The notes under the pieces are model-generated. The model was not told the origin of the DNA, did not search any database, and saw only the letters and a program-made list of their open reading frames with translations. The translations under genes and the position numbers were made by a program. Shown here piece after piece: positions 24,841 to 38,600 of a stretch of 64,000 nucleotides of DNA (within the stretch, counting starts at the first letter, position 1; every line of letters begins with the position of its first letter). The DNA is from Rhynchobatus australiae (lineage: Eukaryota), in assembly GCA_034780895.1 (NCBI GenBank), contig JAUZTB010000076.1:92888610-92952609 (forward strand), given 5' to 3'.

Positions 24841-27519
24841 TCCATATTCACTGCTGTTATTTATAGAAACTGAATTGAAATATTTTTATCCAATAGATCT
24901 TGAAAACTAACCAACATGGCCCAAACATGTTTCCATTATATATTTCAATGGAATAAAGCTACATGTAAATTGAAACAATATGTAATCAGAATAAAATTAC
25001 CAAACAGAAGTAAAAGGGAGCAATTCTGCAACCATCAATTGCACTTCCACTCCCCTTAACAGCTATTTTAAAACAACTTAAATTACGAATGATAAGAACT
25101 CATTTCAAAAAATTAATTGAAACCCATAATGAGATGCAAGAGAAATTAACATTAAAAAGTTGAAAGAGATCTTTACAATGACAGAGATTCTGTGCAGTAA
25201 CTAACAACACTATTACAGGGAAGAGCCTGTGTCTCTCAATGACATTCAAACATTGTGCATTGGAATTGATTGTGAATAACACCATTTTAACTCCTGTAGG
25301 GCACAATTAGGATCCATTCATTGACCAAAGGAAACACGCTCAAATCCTGCAGTATTCCAAGATTTAAAATTAGTTAATAAATTAATTTTATTAAGCAGAC
25401 TAACTGGCTAATGTTCTCACCCACAAAACTGACAATAAAAAGAAAAACAAGTTGCTCTGTATCAGAAGATATATTGTTCAGTTAGAACAGGTCTTTTATT
25501 TACACTCTATTCCAGCGCTGAGTGATTTTATCTGAAATTCTGTTCATTGCAGTGAGGAAAGAAGGCCAGAAACAGCTCACAAAGTTGAAGCGTGCACATT
25601 CAGACTGAGGGCTCAGGAATATTTGGATTAAATATTAGGTGTGGGAAATTTGGTTTAAAGCATGTGTATTATTTTTAATATATAGAAAGGGCATGGGATA
25701 TATTGGTGCATTACTGAGGCAGTTTAAGAACAGGGCAGAGGTATTTGTGCCGAAAGTGAAAGAGTGTTGGAAAGCTCCCTCCAACCCAATAACTGTTTAA
25801 TCCAAACATATCAAGGTGCGTGCCCTTGAGACAAATAGGCAGACAATTTAGTGTGTACAGGCTTCTCTTGGTTTTCAGAGCTTACCAGTGAAAAGATTTG
25901 TTTAGATCACAGTGGCCTTATAAGAGGTTGACGATATGATTGGCAAATCTGCAAATAAATATGGCAACCACATTTCCCCCAACACAAATAAATCTTGTAA
26001 ACAGAAATACATTTTTTGTGTAGGCCTTGTGCTGTACCTCGATTTGTCTCTCTCTATTCCACATAATTGGTCAATGCAAGGCACTAACCAAAACTATGCA
26101 AGACTTCAAAACGATGCCAATTATAAAAAAACACATTAGTGAAATATAATGGTGCATTACACCTGTATGCACAGCTCTGTAGGATTATAAACATTTGGCC
26201 TTTCAACTTCTGCAATTCCAACATAGTACAGTATCATACAGATTCAACAGAGGTGGGGGTAGAATGTTCCTAACCATGATCTAATGGCTGAAATGCTTTA
26301 GGCTGATGTCATCTGGGTTTTAAGCTCACTCCCTTAGACAGATCAATATGTACATCAGATAGATATTTGGACAGGAGAAAACTTGTTGAATACCAACAGG
26401 CAGACAGAAAGGTTGTCAACGCTTCAGTAGTGGAATCATTTTGATCAGAGCACCTTCTCCCATTCCTCCTTTAAACTTCATCCTTCTCAAGTTCCTCCCC
26501 TCTATGCTTGCAATGAGCTGCCAGGTACACCACTGTGGTGCTGATGGTTCAATACCAGGGTTACCATGTATTTTAGTTAATGTATAATTTATAAAATGCA
26601 AGCCTTTGGAGAAGCCCCACATGCACTTGTTGATTTCTCTGATGTGCTATGCAGGTGTGCCAGACTTTCCATGGATGGAAACATCTTAGCAAATATTATT
26701 GGCTTCAAACTATTCTTGATGTCCTTAGTGCTACAAATGTGTCCAAAATGTGGATTCTATTCATTGATAGCCCAAGCTAGGCAGCTCGGACAAGCCTAGT
26801 GGACTGTTTTCCAGATCTACTTCTTTCTCTGCTTATTTGTGAGGTACAAATCACCTGTGGAAAACTCAATTGTCTTTCTTCCTAGAACCAGTGAAGTATT
26901 AGTATCTGAGCCCATGCATGGTAGACATAAGTCCTGTAGTTGTGCACTCTCAAAGTAACCACTTCCTTTGAGAAGTGGGGGGCGGGGTAGGGTCACTATC
27001 ATTTTTCAGCATGTCCTCAGAGGGGTGAAAGCTCTATAGGAGATTAAGAATGTGAATTAAACTGCTGCAATGAAAATAACTAAAGTTATCATTATTCATA
27101 TCATAGTTTTGTTGGTAACTTTCATTGATTTTTTGATGTTGAATGAAATGTGACCGATGAATTCTGTCACTAAGAAGCTGTGATGGCTATACGTGGATGG
27201 GGAACATGAATCACAATGAGGATAAATATCGGTAGTGGCTGGAGAGATGGAGATATGAGGAATTGTTCAGACACTGATGAGCATACTAAAAAGTAAATTG
27301 GTGCTTGGAGAGGTTTGCTTGTGTAGGCTCAAAACAGCAGCTTGAATGGGTTGGGCATCGGCAAATATGCCACTTCCCTCATCATTCCTCATCTGATAAA
27401 TTAATTCGTTTGAGTTTCTCAAGGAGCAGGGGTTCATTTTTCGCTTCTAAGGCAACCTCCAGTCAGGCTTCTTCCTTGCTCATCAATAGGTATTATTAAG
27501 TTCCTCTATGAGAAAGGTG

Positions 27520-27870
27520 ATAAGTCTCTAAATCCATGGGTCCATAAGGTCATCTCTCTGCCTCATACTCCAGGGAAAAAAAGTCCTAGCCTATCCTGCG
27601 TATCCTTATCACTCAAGCTCTCCAATCCCAGTAACATCATTGTGAGTTTCTTCTGCATTCTTTCCAGCTTACCGACTACAGCTAGGCAACCAGAACTAAG
27701 CAAATTATTCCAGGTACAGTCTCACAAATGAGTTGCAATATGACGGCCCAACTCCTGTACCTAATGTCCTGACCAATGAAACAAGCTTGTCAAAAGCCTT
27801 CTTCATCACCCTGTTCAGCTGTGCCACTACTTTCAGAGAACTATTGTACCTGCACCCCTAGGTCCCTCTC
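27520..27870 (-). mobile_element. CR1 LINE fragment
   Basis: Reverse complement of the 'LGLFSLE' and 'QFW.P' coding region (ctccagggaaaaaaagtcctagcctatcc). Confidence 0.75.
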
Positions 27871-27877
27871 TTATAGT

Positions 27878-28160
27878 CCATATATGGAATTTCACCATCC
27901 CAAGGTGCTTTACAGCAAATAAATTACTCTTGATGGCCTCCACCTCCAAACTGGAACAACAATAAACAGATAACATATCTTCAGATATTTGCTTAAGGAA
28001 TTAATATTGGACAGGATGCCAGGAAGAACTTGCTTACTCTTTTTTGAAATTACATCCGATGTTGCCTTGGAAAACAGGTGGAGGCTAGTTTTAATACTAA
28101 CTTCCTGTATTTTCCCACCAGTTATGCCAGGAAAAACATCACTGAACCTAGATGTACCAC
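27878..28160 (-). mobile_element. Ancient Deu-domain SINE (SacSINE1/AmnSINE-like) remnant
   Basis: cccaaggtgctttacagc..aatattggacaggatgccaggaagaact matches the recalled reverse complement of shark Deu-SINEs and the copy at 44140-44530. Confidence 0.5.
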
Positions 28161-30623
28161 AATTTCAGCAGCTTCATTCATTTCACTTGGAGAGGAATGG
28201 ACGCAAGAGAAGGTGAGGTTCAAGTATTTAAATCAAGTTGTTTGATTTTGTGTGTTCTCGTATTTTATTGAATATTTCTTATAGCATGATTAGTGTTATT
28301 TATTTTGTTTGAATACTTGTAAATGGCCGAGCCACTCACATACATTCAAAAATTTCCAGTGTTTCACAGCTTTGACACTACATAATCCAGGCTTAGTCAT
28401 TGTCAAAGCATTTCTCCTGCTGGACTTATTATTTATAAAAAGAGATCCTTGTTAAATCCACAGGATTTCACTGATCAGGTCAGTCAAATTTGTAGACCAA
28501 GTTACTGCTATCCAGGTCAGTGTGAACCTATAAGTAGAGGGAAAGCTAGCTGCAAATTCTGTTCCAATAACAGTCCTAAGTTACCTGTTCCTAGTTTTGC
28601 TGCGTTCACTTGTTCTACTTTACACTTTTTAATTCATACTTAGTATGACAGGCAGCTCAATTCCAGCCCTGTACTTAAACTGATTCAAAACAGCCTCTAA
28701 CGATACCCAAATAACTGATCAATGATTACTCATGGAATTTCACTTAGTTAAAAGTAGCCCTATCATCTGGTCTTTATGATTTAAAACATGGCTCTCAGTT
28801 TAGTACAAATTTGTAAATGTAAATACATACTAATTAGCATCTGAGAAGAGGAGATATCACAGTGGCTGTAGCAAATGTTGATCAATGGATGAATGGTTTG
28901 CCCTCAACAGTAACTAATCTTTTTGAAAAACTGACCAATTATCTTCAGACCCTTCTGTAAAATTTGTACTTGCCATTTCATCCTCCTTTTATTCAAGCTA
29001 CAGTATAGGAGCAGTTTCTTGCCCCATGGTTTTGTAAGACTTTTCAATTCATTCTATTTTTCATTGAACAACAATCAGAATCAATGGCAACAACTTCCAG
29101 CACATAAATATTTATCACAGAAACTGTCTTACCAAAATATATACCGAGAGGAGATTTCAATGGTAAATCTTCTTTGTATTGCATACATCTAATGGAATTA
29201 CCAGTAAGACTGCAAAATTATTTCTATGAGTAAAAGATAATGCAAGCTTTCTGTTTTTTCCCCCCATTATGAACCTGATAAATACTTTTTTTCTGAAACC
29301 ACAAATTTATGTATTGGATTGGTGTCCAAGATCCAGTCCAGGATCACAGATTACACAAACCAGAACAAAGGTGTGCCCTCCATCTGAAAAGCATTTACCA
29401 AAAAACTCAAAATACAAGTTCTCAGCCTTTCAACACAACAGGCCTTAAAGGTTTCAAGTATTTTAGTACACCAATATGGGGTCTTGCTTATTGCAGCATG
29501 GGGTCGTTAAAAACATATTACATATAATCAAGCTTTTAGCCTTCATCTCAGTATTTTGCAACACCGTAGAGAAGCAAATTTGATTTTTATTTGGTTAACA
29601 AACACTGGAAGAATTTTACAATGCTGCAAATATTCATCTCAACTCCTTTGTATCAAAGGCATCATGTGAACTTTTCCTGATATTTTTGCTCTTGGTAAAA
29701 ATGCAAAGATTACAAGAAATTGTAAAGTAAGGGTCCCACACCCTAAGATTTTGTTTACAATACACTTAAACAATGAGTGTCGATGTCCCTCTTGGCAAAG
29801 TATTAGAGGAAAGTCGTTATGGGAGACTGCTGGGAAGAGGGCACAGTACACACAGAAGAGGTGGCACAATTATTGAGATACCCTGAGTTAACTAACAGCT
29901 CCTTTGGACCAAAGATTTCACTTACTGTTTCCAATGATTTCATCAGCACCTACCATTTTAAACAAAAGTAATCTTTTATAATGCAAAGATAAAACAGGTT
30001 TAATCATTTCACTCTGTGACTAAATTTAGGGGGTGCCAGGTGGTTTATACTGCTCAGTCACTTATCCTGATTACTTTGGCGAAATATTGAGTAAAGGCCA
30101 GTGAGTTTGGGGTGCACCTTCAACCTATTCAGCAATCAGCTCAAAGTGATACTGGCTGAAGCCGGAAGCCAACCTCTCTCTATTCTGGTAGAGGAGCTCC
30201 TGAAATGTTTAAAAAAAAGGCAAATGAAGTAATGACACTCTCCCCAGTTTCTTTCAGTAAAGAAAGCATTGATATGGAGGATTACTCTTTAAGGTGAATT
30301 GTTACACAGTCAATGTTGTGGAAACATTTTTTAAATAATGCACTTGAGGCTTCCTTCCCCATATAAAATTCCACACAGTAAAAACTACAGCTATTCAGTT
30401 AAAGTTCAATCCGATGACTGAAGGTATCAGAAAGTTAGACATGCTTGAGAGTCAAACATAATTTTTCTCACTTTTGAATGTTCAGCTCTTCAAAATGGGA
30501 CTTTGAAATAACTGTGTAGTGAGAAGGCCTTGAATTTTTTTTAAATGCAGTCCCCAGTCTTTGTAATGTAATAGCTCTGCACTGCGGTTTACAACTTCCC
30601 CATTAGGCAGGAAGAGGTTCAGC

Positions 30624-30690
30624 CATGCCAAAAGCCATGCAGGTGTGAGGCATGCATTTTTTTTTCATTCTCTCATAGCTCTGGTTAGTA
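30624..30690 (-). promoter_or_regulatory. Intronic splicing-regulatory cluster: RBFOX (U)GCAUG x3 and QKI-type UACUAAC downstream of the 129-nt exon
   Basis: On the minus strand: TACTAAC at 30690-30684, TGCATG at 30656-30651 and 30641-30636, GCATG at 30628-30624. Confidence 0.55.
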
Positions 30691-30823
30691 CAAAACATAA
30701 CTAAACAGAATCAAAAAAGGAAACCACAAAGAACAATCCTCTTTTTTTTTGCAGTCGGGTTATAAATCCCACTGGGAAACGCCATGGTCCCACAGCAGAT
30801 CCAATCATATAACAGCTACCTAC

Positions 30824-30952
30824 CCGTACTGGTCAGGCTGGTACATCAAGGGAGCCTGAGTGTTGCCATAGTTGGGATGTTGTGGTGGAAACACAGGACG
30901 TCCACCAGGCCCAGTCTGACTGGGATAACCAGGCGACCTAATGTACGGTGGC
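30824..30952 (-). CDS. ARID1B: ARID1B 129-nt frame-symmetric (cassette-type) coding exon: (R)PPYIRSPGYPSQTGPGGRPVFPPQHPNYGNTQAPLMYQPDQY(G)
   Basis: Acceptor atttctttcccaatttag|G and donor CGG|gtaggt. The reading frame is open with phase 2 at both ends and joins in frame to the 146-nt exon (GG+G). Pro/Gln/Tyr/Gly-rich composition fits ARID1 low-complexity regions, and codon-like GC stands out against AT-rich intron. Not in the supplied ORF track. Confidence 0.85.
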
Positions 30953-33900
30953 CTAAATTGGGAAAGAAATAGCTCCTTTGTTTTTATTCTGTGTCAGTTC
31001 TGCATTTAGTTGTTAAAATTCATGAGATATTTACCCATCAATCCTCAAGAATTAAAATGGAATTTGAAGATTTAACAATCAGTTTAAGCAAGATGGGTTT
31101 TTCCATTTAATTCCATTTTTTCTACGTCCAATAATCTTCCCTGAATTTTAAATGACAAGTATTTAAGGTTGAAGTATTGGATTCTCATATTTTAATTCAG
31201 TACAAAATTAATAGTGAAAACTAATCAGATCTGAAGATTGAATGTTTAAATTAAAACTGGTTCTCTTTTCTCCATCAGCTGTTTTAGTCTTAAACTGATA
31301 ACTTTTGAGGAGTTCAGGTCCATGGATTGGATTCACTAATACCTTGTCCTGTTGACCATTCAATAAGAACAATGCAGGGACTAATTCCTGACAGACTAAA
31401 GGAGGAGTCACAGCATAGCCTGATTCTGTCTTCACTAGATGTCTACACAAGCAGGTCCCACCAGGAATCACAGAGATCAATTGTAATGTCATGTCTACAG
31501 ATCTGGCTGAGGTCAGCTATTTTAGTATACACCAGGAATCAATTCTGTGACATTATGGCCTGTATGCCATAAGTGTCACAGTGGGATACTATCTTTACTG
31601 GGCTCATATTTATTTCAGATTTAATTTGTTTCCCCAAGCAATTCTAAACTGAAACAATGGAAACTTGGCCATTAAAAGTTGTGAATGCATGCTGCTACAA
31701 ACCTCCCTTTACAACGTGCATGATAGTTGTTTCTGTTCTTCTGATAGCTCACATTTCCTTTAGATTTTGTATGAACTATGGGTTATTCTACTCAAAATAT
31801 AACAGATTAATTTTCCAATTCTTTTTTTGCAGGGTAGGCACGTGATGTATCATATTCAATCCTATTGCTGGTATAATCACAATCGTGCAACAGTCTACTT
31901 TCATCAAAATCATTTAACTTAGTGGACTATATGGTGAAGTGCTGAACAACCCAGCTCACATAATGTCCCAGCCCAATCTCTTATTAGTGACTGCAAGAGT
32001 TTGGAAAAGTACGAATGAAAATTAACCGGCTTGGTTTTTTCATTCCAACCATTCCTGATAGCTAATCAGTAACTCCTGTTGTGATATGCATAAGCAAATA
32101 CTGAGAAAGGATAACCTAGGGTTTGCTGCAGTTCTCTCTATTGTCTTATCATTCCACCCTGCTTAGGCTCTATTTATGAAAAAGGCTAACTTGGACATGG
32201 TACACAAGAAATTTAAGGGACAGTCAGGAAAGGAGAGGACAGAAGAATAAAGAACTCACACAAACAAACTAAGGACAATCCTTTCCATTAACTATACACT
32301 CAAAGGACTATGCAAACAGAGTACACTACCTGATAGAATAGTAAACCACTTACTATATTTTGGGACGGGTTTTAATTTTCAAAATGAATGCTAGTTACTC
32401 AGGAATATTATAATTTCAAACGGGCAATTTAAAACAAATGGCTGAATTAGCTTCTATAAAAAAGGATACTGTAGATAATATCTGCCATATTGTGCAAAAG
32501 AATCCAATACTCAAACTTTAAAAAAGATCCACAAAATCATTTTGGATATAACTCATAAAAATGTAAATTCAAAACATGTATACCAATGGGTTTTGGTTTG
32601 GTGAGGTGTCATTTTTAAACAGTGTTAAATAGCAGTTACTTGCCAGTAAACCATACAGAAACACAGAATTCTTCAAACTGCTTCTCTCACTAAACTGTTA
32701 TAGCCAAGAGCTTTTTTTCTGTATAACAAGACTGTCATGTGCAGCTTATAGCAATCCACTTAAACAATGTTCAATCAAATCTAATATTGAGATTGAAAGG
32801 GTTACATAAAACGGTTAACATTTCTGAAGGNNNNNNNNNNNNNNNNNNNNNNNNNNNNNNNNNNNNNNNNNNNNNNNNNNNNNNNNNNNNNNNNNNNNNN
32901 NNNNNNNNNNNNNNNNNNNNNNNNNNNNNNCACTGCAACTCTGTAATTATTTCAGATAGAAAAGTACAGATAGATTGTTTATTTTCATTTCAAATATTCA
33001 GAGAAAATGCAAGTAATGAAGAGTTAAAAGAACTCTTTAAAGCCTTGAAATGGTGTAGTGTGCCATCAGGTTTGTTTCTGTCCTGTAATGGTATAATATT
33101 TACCTGTATTTATTGATATACTTTTAATCACTCCCCTCTCCAACTGGTAACCTATATGTTTGTGCAGCTGAAAGGGAATTATAACACTGATACACAAAAA
33201 AACTATCCAAACTGAAGACATTGGGACAAGACAATAATTTAGATTTCTACTGCTTCTCATTGAGGTGACACATTCTGTTTCCACACAGTGCTTCCACACA
33301 AACAAGGAATCATAACTGGATAGGGCTTTACCCAAGTTACAAATGAGACTAAAATTGAGTGTCCTGTATCATCAGCACTTGACTTCCGGCCCATACAAAT
33401 TGCACTACTAATTGTTTAAAATGCAATCTTTGTGTTATGTGCAAATTAGCGATATACAGAATGTATAAGATATTCACAGAAAACACACTCTGGGCAAACC
33501 AACAGCATAGCTCCTTAATGGATGTTAAGTCATACATTCTCCATTAAATGTGCATTACTTATAATGCTGTATACATTTGCTGAATTTTTGATTTGCTGAT
33601 TGCCAACAGTGCCAATGTTGCAAAATGTTGCAATTATAGTTACATATTATTTCTCACAAAACTAATCATTGAATGTAACTGCACATAAATATTTTGGACA
33701 TGAAGTGTAAAGCAACATATTCTGGCAGAATTGGAACTACATTCAAGAGCTGTATAACTGAAAAAAAACACTAAACTCAAAAATGCTTGATGGTAACAGC
33801 ATTTGAATATTGCCAAGTAAAATGATCTTAAAACTCAATATTGAAGAATAAGCATCAAATAAAAAATTACTTGCTTCAGAGAAATATCCTCCTTCTTTCC

Positions 33901-36900
33901 TGCTATTATAACAAAACCACGGAGTGAAAACTGGCACAAAATAATTACTATTGAAGGAAACAAAATATAAATAATGCAATAGAAACTAATTCTATATAAC
34001 AGAATATTATAACTACAAAATAACTCCAATTACACCATTAATTTCTCAATTCAAACATTTAAGACTTAGATTTGGCTACATGAATGATGACAGGACACTA
34101 AATGAGAAAGGTAAAAAGTTACCCATCCTTCCCTACCCTGAAAAGAGACAGCCCAGTGTGAACCAACATGTAATGGATGTGTGTAAAATCTCTAGCTCAG
34201 TCATTCAAAAAAAAGGATAATTCAGAAGCTAGAAAGCTGGTGGAAATAATGCTAAATCAACAGATTACTGAGGAGCTACAATAGTACTACAGAAGTATGT
34301 AGCAACGTTTGTATCTGAGGCTGCTGTATTCCCAAGGGTGTTGGGGGCAAGAAGGAATATTTTGTCCATTTACCAGTAATTTAAGATTTTCTGCTTCAGT
34401 TTGCTTTCCAATTCTCTTATAGGTATTTCATCTCATGCATTCCAATACAAGTTAAATAAAGGTTCACCATAACTTACTCCAATGACATTCCTCGTTTATT
34501 CCAATAGGGAGCACATCTTGAGATATGCAGCCCAATTGTTGGCTCCTAGGTACCCAATGGAATGCCTTGCTTCAACATCATGTTCATCAAACAGCAGGAA
34601 GAAGAACTGATGAATTGAGAATGTAATCCAGCATGTATGAAAGACAGTTTGTTCACTAATCTCATCTGATATGAAGCCATTCATTTCTTTGGAAAGAATG
34701 CAAACTGAACACAGCTCATTCTTGCAACTAAGTATACTCTGAGATCCTCAGAACTGGATTTTATTCATAAATTATCACATAAATTATTTGCTTTATTAAA
34801 AAAGAAACTATTGTCTGGAAATTCAGATTACTGGAAACATTTTAAATAGAATGATTGAATGTTAAATCTCCTGGCAATGTTTTATTTATTTTCTTAGCTA
34901 ACAATAGATGAAAGTGAAGCAAAACTTTTTGGGAAAGAAACTGTGATATGAAAATATGAATTTCCTGGAGTTTTTTGATTAAAGCATTTCTTCTCATCAG
35001 ACACTGTGTGTTGCAAGTCTAATGTTTGTTACTGACTTAAATCACTTGCAGCTTCTTGTAAATAGCTGTTCTTGGAAATGTCCTGTACAGATTTGTTCAT
35101 TTTAGTTATTAGGCTGAAAACATCACAGGTCAACAATAAACATTGAGATGTGCTTAGGTAATTCTACCATGCAGCTGCCACAAGAATGGCTACACTGATA
35201 AAACATATTTATGTACATGTGTAATATCTGCTTAGCAAATGGAAATTTTCCTTCAAGAGCTTTTTTTTTATTATAGCAAGGATAATTAAATGCTGTGACA
35301 GTGGTCAGTTTACTTTATGATTAAAAGGTGAGTACAGTACAAGTGAAAAAAAAATTGTTACATTTGTATTTTGCTCCATTTGGAGGGGAGCACTAGCTGC
35401 ACTAAAAATCTTTAAGTCATTGCAACTTTCTTTCACATGTCCATTAACTTCAGTAGTTCAAGGAACACAGAGAAAAAGGGAGACGATCTCTTTGGCTTTG
35501 TATTTTCAGTCTTCCCTAATCTTCATTTTTTCAGTGTGCTAGTCAAAATATATTTGTGTTGGGTGATAGGAATGCAGGTGTGGAATCATCTGAAAGGGGG
35601 AATGATTTGCTAAGTGCACAACTAGTCAGGCCTAGGTTTCCTCCCAAATATAGGTTCTCAAATCCATTGTGCACTGGACCTGTTGGAAATCGATAGAATT
35701 GAGAAGTTGTGCATATGATAGGCTGCACTGAGACAAACTATCTGAATTCTGAAACACTTGAGTGATCGTAACATGAATAAACCATGTATATGTTTAGAGT
35801 ATGAGGTTGTTATCCAAATGCCTCATGACAGGAATCACATTTAATATCTAATAAATATATTACCATTCATTATAAATTAAAGCCACAGTGCAGGACAATA
35901 GCTCTCATGCACCACACCAGTTAGAAATTTCTAAATTTAAGTATGCTTAATTTAAATCAGCCACATATTCATAACGTAAAGAATGTCAGTGTGAGGACTG
36001 ACAATCAGGGACAAAATTTACTTGCTTGCCTTCATTAAGGCTTTCTATGTATATTAGAAGTGTCTTCTAAAACGTTAACAAATTCAGCATCCNNNNNNNN
36101 NNNNNNNNNNNNNNNNNNNNNNNNNNNNNNNNNNNNNNNNNNNNNNNNNNNNNNNNNNNNNNNNNNNNNNNNNNNNNNNNNNNNNNNNNNNNNNNNNNNN
36201 NNNNNNNNNNNNNNNNNNNNNNNNNNNNNNNNNNNNNNNNNNNNNNNNNNNNNNNNNNNNNNNNNNNNNNNNNNNNNNNNNNNNNNNNNNNNNNNNNNNN
36301 NNNNNNNNNNNNNNNNNNNNNNNNNNNNNNNNNNNNNNNNNNNNNNNNNNNNNNNNNNNNNNNNNNNNNNNNNNNNNNNNNNNNNNNNNNNNNNNNNNNN
36401 NNNNNNNNNNNNNNNNNNNNNNNNNNNNNNNNNNNNNNNNNNNNNNNNNNNNNNNNNNNNNNNNNNNNNNNNNNNNNNNNNNNNNNNNNNNNNNNNNNNN
36501 NNNNNNNNNNNNNNNNNNNNNNNNNNNNNNNNNNNNNNNNNNNNNNNNNNNNNNNNNNNNNNNNNNNNNNNNNNNNNNNNNNNNNNNNNNATTATTTTAA
36601 ATGACAACTATTATTAGGTTGGACAATTGCAATAGGGAAGCTACATGGGCCCTTTAAACTTCATCTTCGAATACAAGGATCACAGTTTTAAAGTTGTAGT
36701 CTACTTAACAGCTTAATCATAGGTTTCAAATGAATATTTTAAGTTTTCTTCAATTAGAGTACTGAAGGAAAACATTTATAACAATAAATTGCAAATCTCC
36801 AAAGCCTTTCCAGTGCTGAAAATGTAATTTTAATATCTGTAAGGTGAACAAAAATAGGAAGTCACTCATGCTTAGCCATAAAGTGCAAAGGTTGCAAAAA

Positions 36901-38084
36901 TATCATCAACTAATTAGCTAATTTAAATCTGTGTACCTAATCAAACATCCAGAATGACATCTATTTGGATAATAAATTCTGTTTTGATGATGGAAGGATA
37001 TTTCTTTAATGGGTTGAATAGCTTGATGGCACAATGGGGGAATACACTAAACCATCTTTTTCTGTCTCAGAATCAAGTCTGGCATAAATTATGTNNNNNN
37101 NNNNNNNNNNNNNNNNNNNNNNNNNNNNNNNNNNNNNNNNNNNNNNNNNNNNNNNNNNNNNNNNNNNNNNNNNNNNNNNNNNNNNNNNNNNNNNNNNNNN
37201 NNNNNNNNNNNNNNNNNNNNNNNNNNNNNNNNNNNNNNCATTTTGGGGTTTTATAGATCTTGCTCAGACAGAAATATATATGTTTAATTGATGGAAAAAC
37301 CATGAGAACTAAACCTTAAGACATGTTAAGACATGACATAAACCTTTCAAAGTTGTGAGCTCAAACATGCATCTGGCTTCAGCATTGTCGTTAATTTAAA
37401 ATGCTAGGGAATAGGAGAATCTGTGATAGAAAAATTAATGGATATGTTGCAACATTCTTCAATGACCTAATCAATATACTTTGGTTAGGCACAATAATAG
37501 TTTACCTTGCTAAGGCAGATTGGGGTAAGCAAGTTCATCAAATCAGCTGAATATTCATCTTCAAAATAGAATATGTGAGCATGTATATAAAAATGCCACC
37601 TGCCTCTAGCATTAGTTCGTTAATGCATTTATCTCTATTAACAATAAATAATAAATATCTCTTGAGCCCAGTGGAACATTTCAATTTTCTTATTTGTGTT
37701 ATACTTCAGAGACCATTTCCATTAAATGCTTCTTTCCCTTAAATCTTTCAGTACAAGATTGCCTTGGCGATAAAATTCACACAAAGTATTCAACATCTCA
37801 AGTGAAAGTCGAATTAAATCATTAAAATTTACAAGTTCTGTCAATTCTCGGTAACGAGCAGTATGGTATTTTAGGATATACAGTTTTACATTCATAGAGC
37901 ACAACCACCTTAAACAACTTAAAGGACACAGTAGGAAACACTCTTGACCAAATCATATTTCTGTGGATTGAAGCCCCATTGTGGGAAATTAAAATAAATG
38001 TAATAATTTGAAGCAACATATCAATGTGGTACTTTAATAGTATTTTATTATCACAGATAATAGCTTGCAACTAAGATGATGATT

Positions 38085-38600
38085 TCCATCACGAAATGCT
38101 ACAGTAGCAAAGCCTTCCAAAATATTTTACAAGGTGTAAATGGATAAAATAAAAAGACATTGACTCAAAAGGAAGAGCAAGAAAAACTTGGATGAAGAAG
38201 TGGGTTTTGAGAAGAGTTTTCAACTGGAGGAATTTGGAGAAGTAAGTGAAGCTAGGGAGGAAATTGCATAGCCCAGGGATTCAGGTGATAAAAGACATGG
38301 TTGCCAATAACTGGGGAATGAGGCTGCTGGACAAATGCATAACAAACCAGAATGGAGATTTTGTGTGAAGAGTTATCAGGTTAGAGAATTTAAGTTACGA
38401 AGGCAAGGAATTTAACCTGCAGAACTGGGGATGAAAGGATGTGAGAGGAGCGTTTGGTTTTGGACAAGGTATAGCCTGCAAAAAACAGGTGACAGGAGAC
38501 TGGATAGAAAAGCTACCTGAAGGTGAAAAAGAAAGAGAATTTTAGCAGCAGATGGACTTGGCTAGATTTGAAGTCAACTAATGTTGTGGAAGTGGAAGGA
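38085..38600 (-). mobile_element. Highly decayed L2-type LINE 3' remnant
   Basis: Purine-rich stretch (cttggatgaagaagtgggttttgagaagag..gggaggaaattgcatagc) similar to 20690-20880. Confidence 0.4.

Noticed and set aside
30784-30972. 62-aa plus-strand ORF
   Set aside because: Antisense shadow of the 129-nt ARID1B exon.
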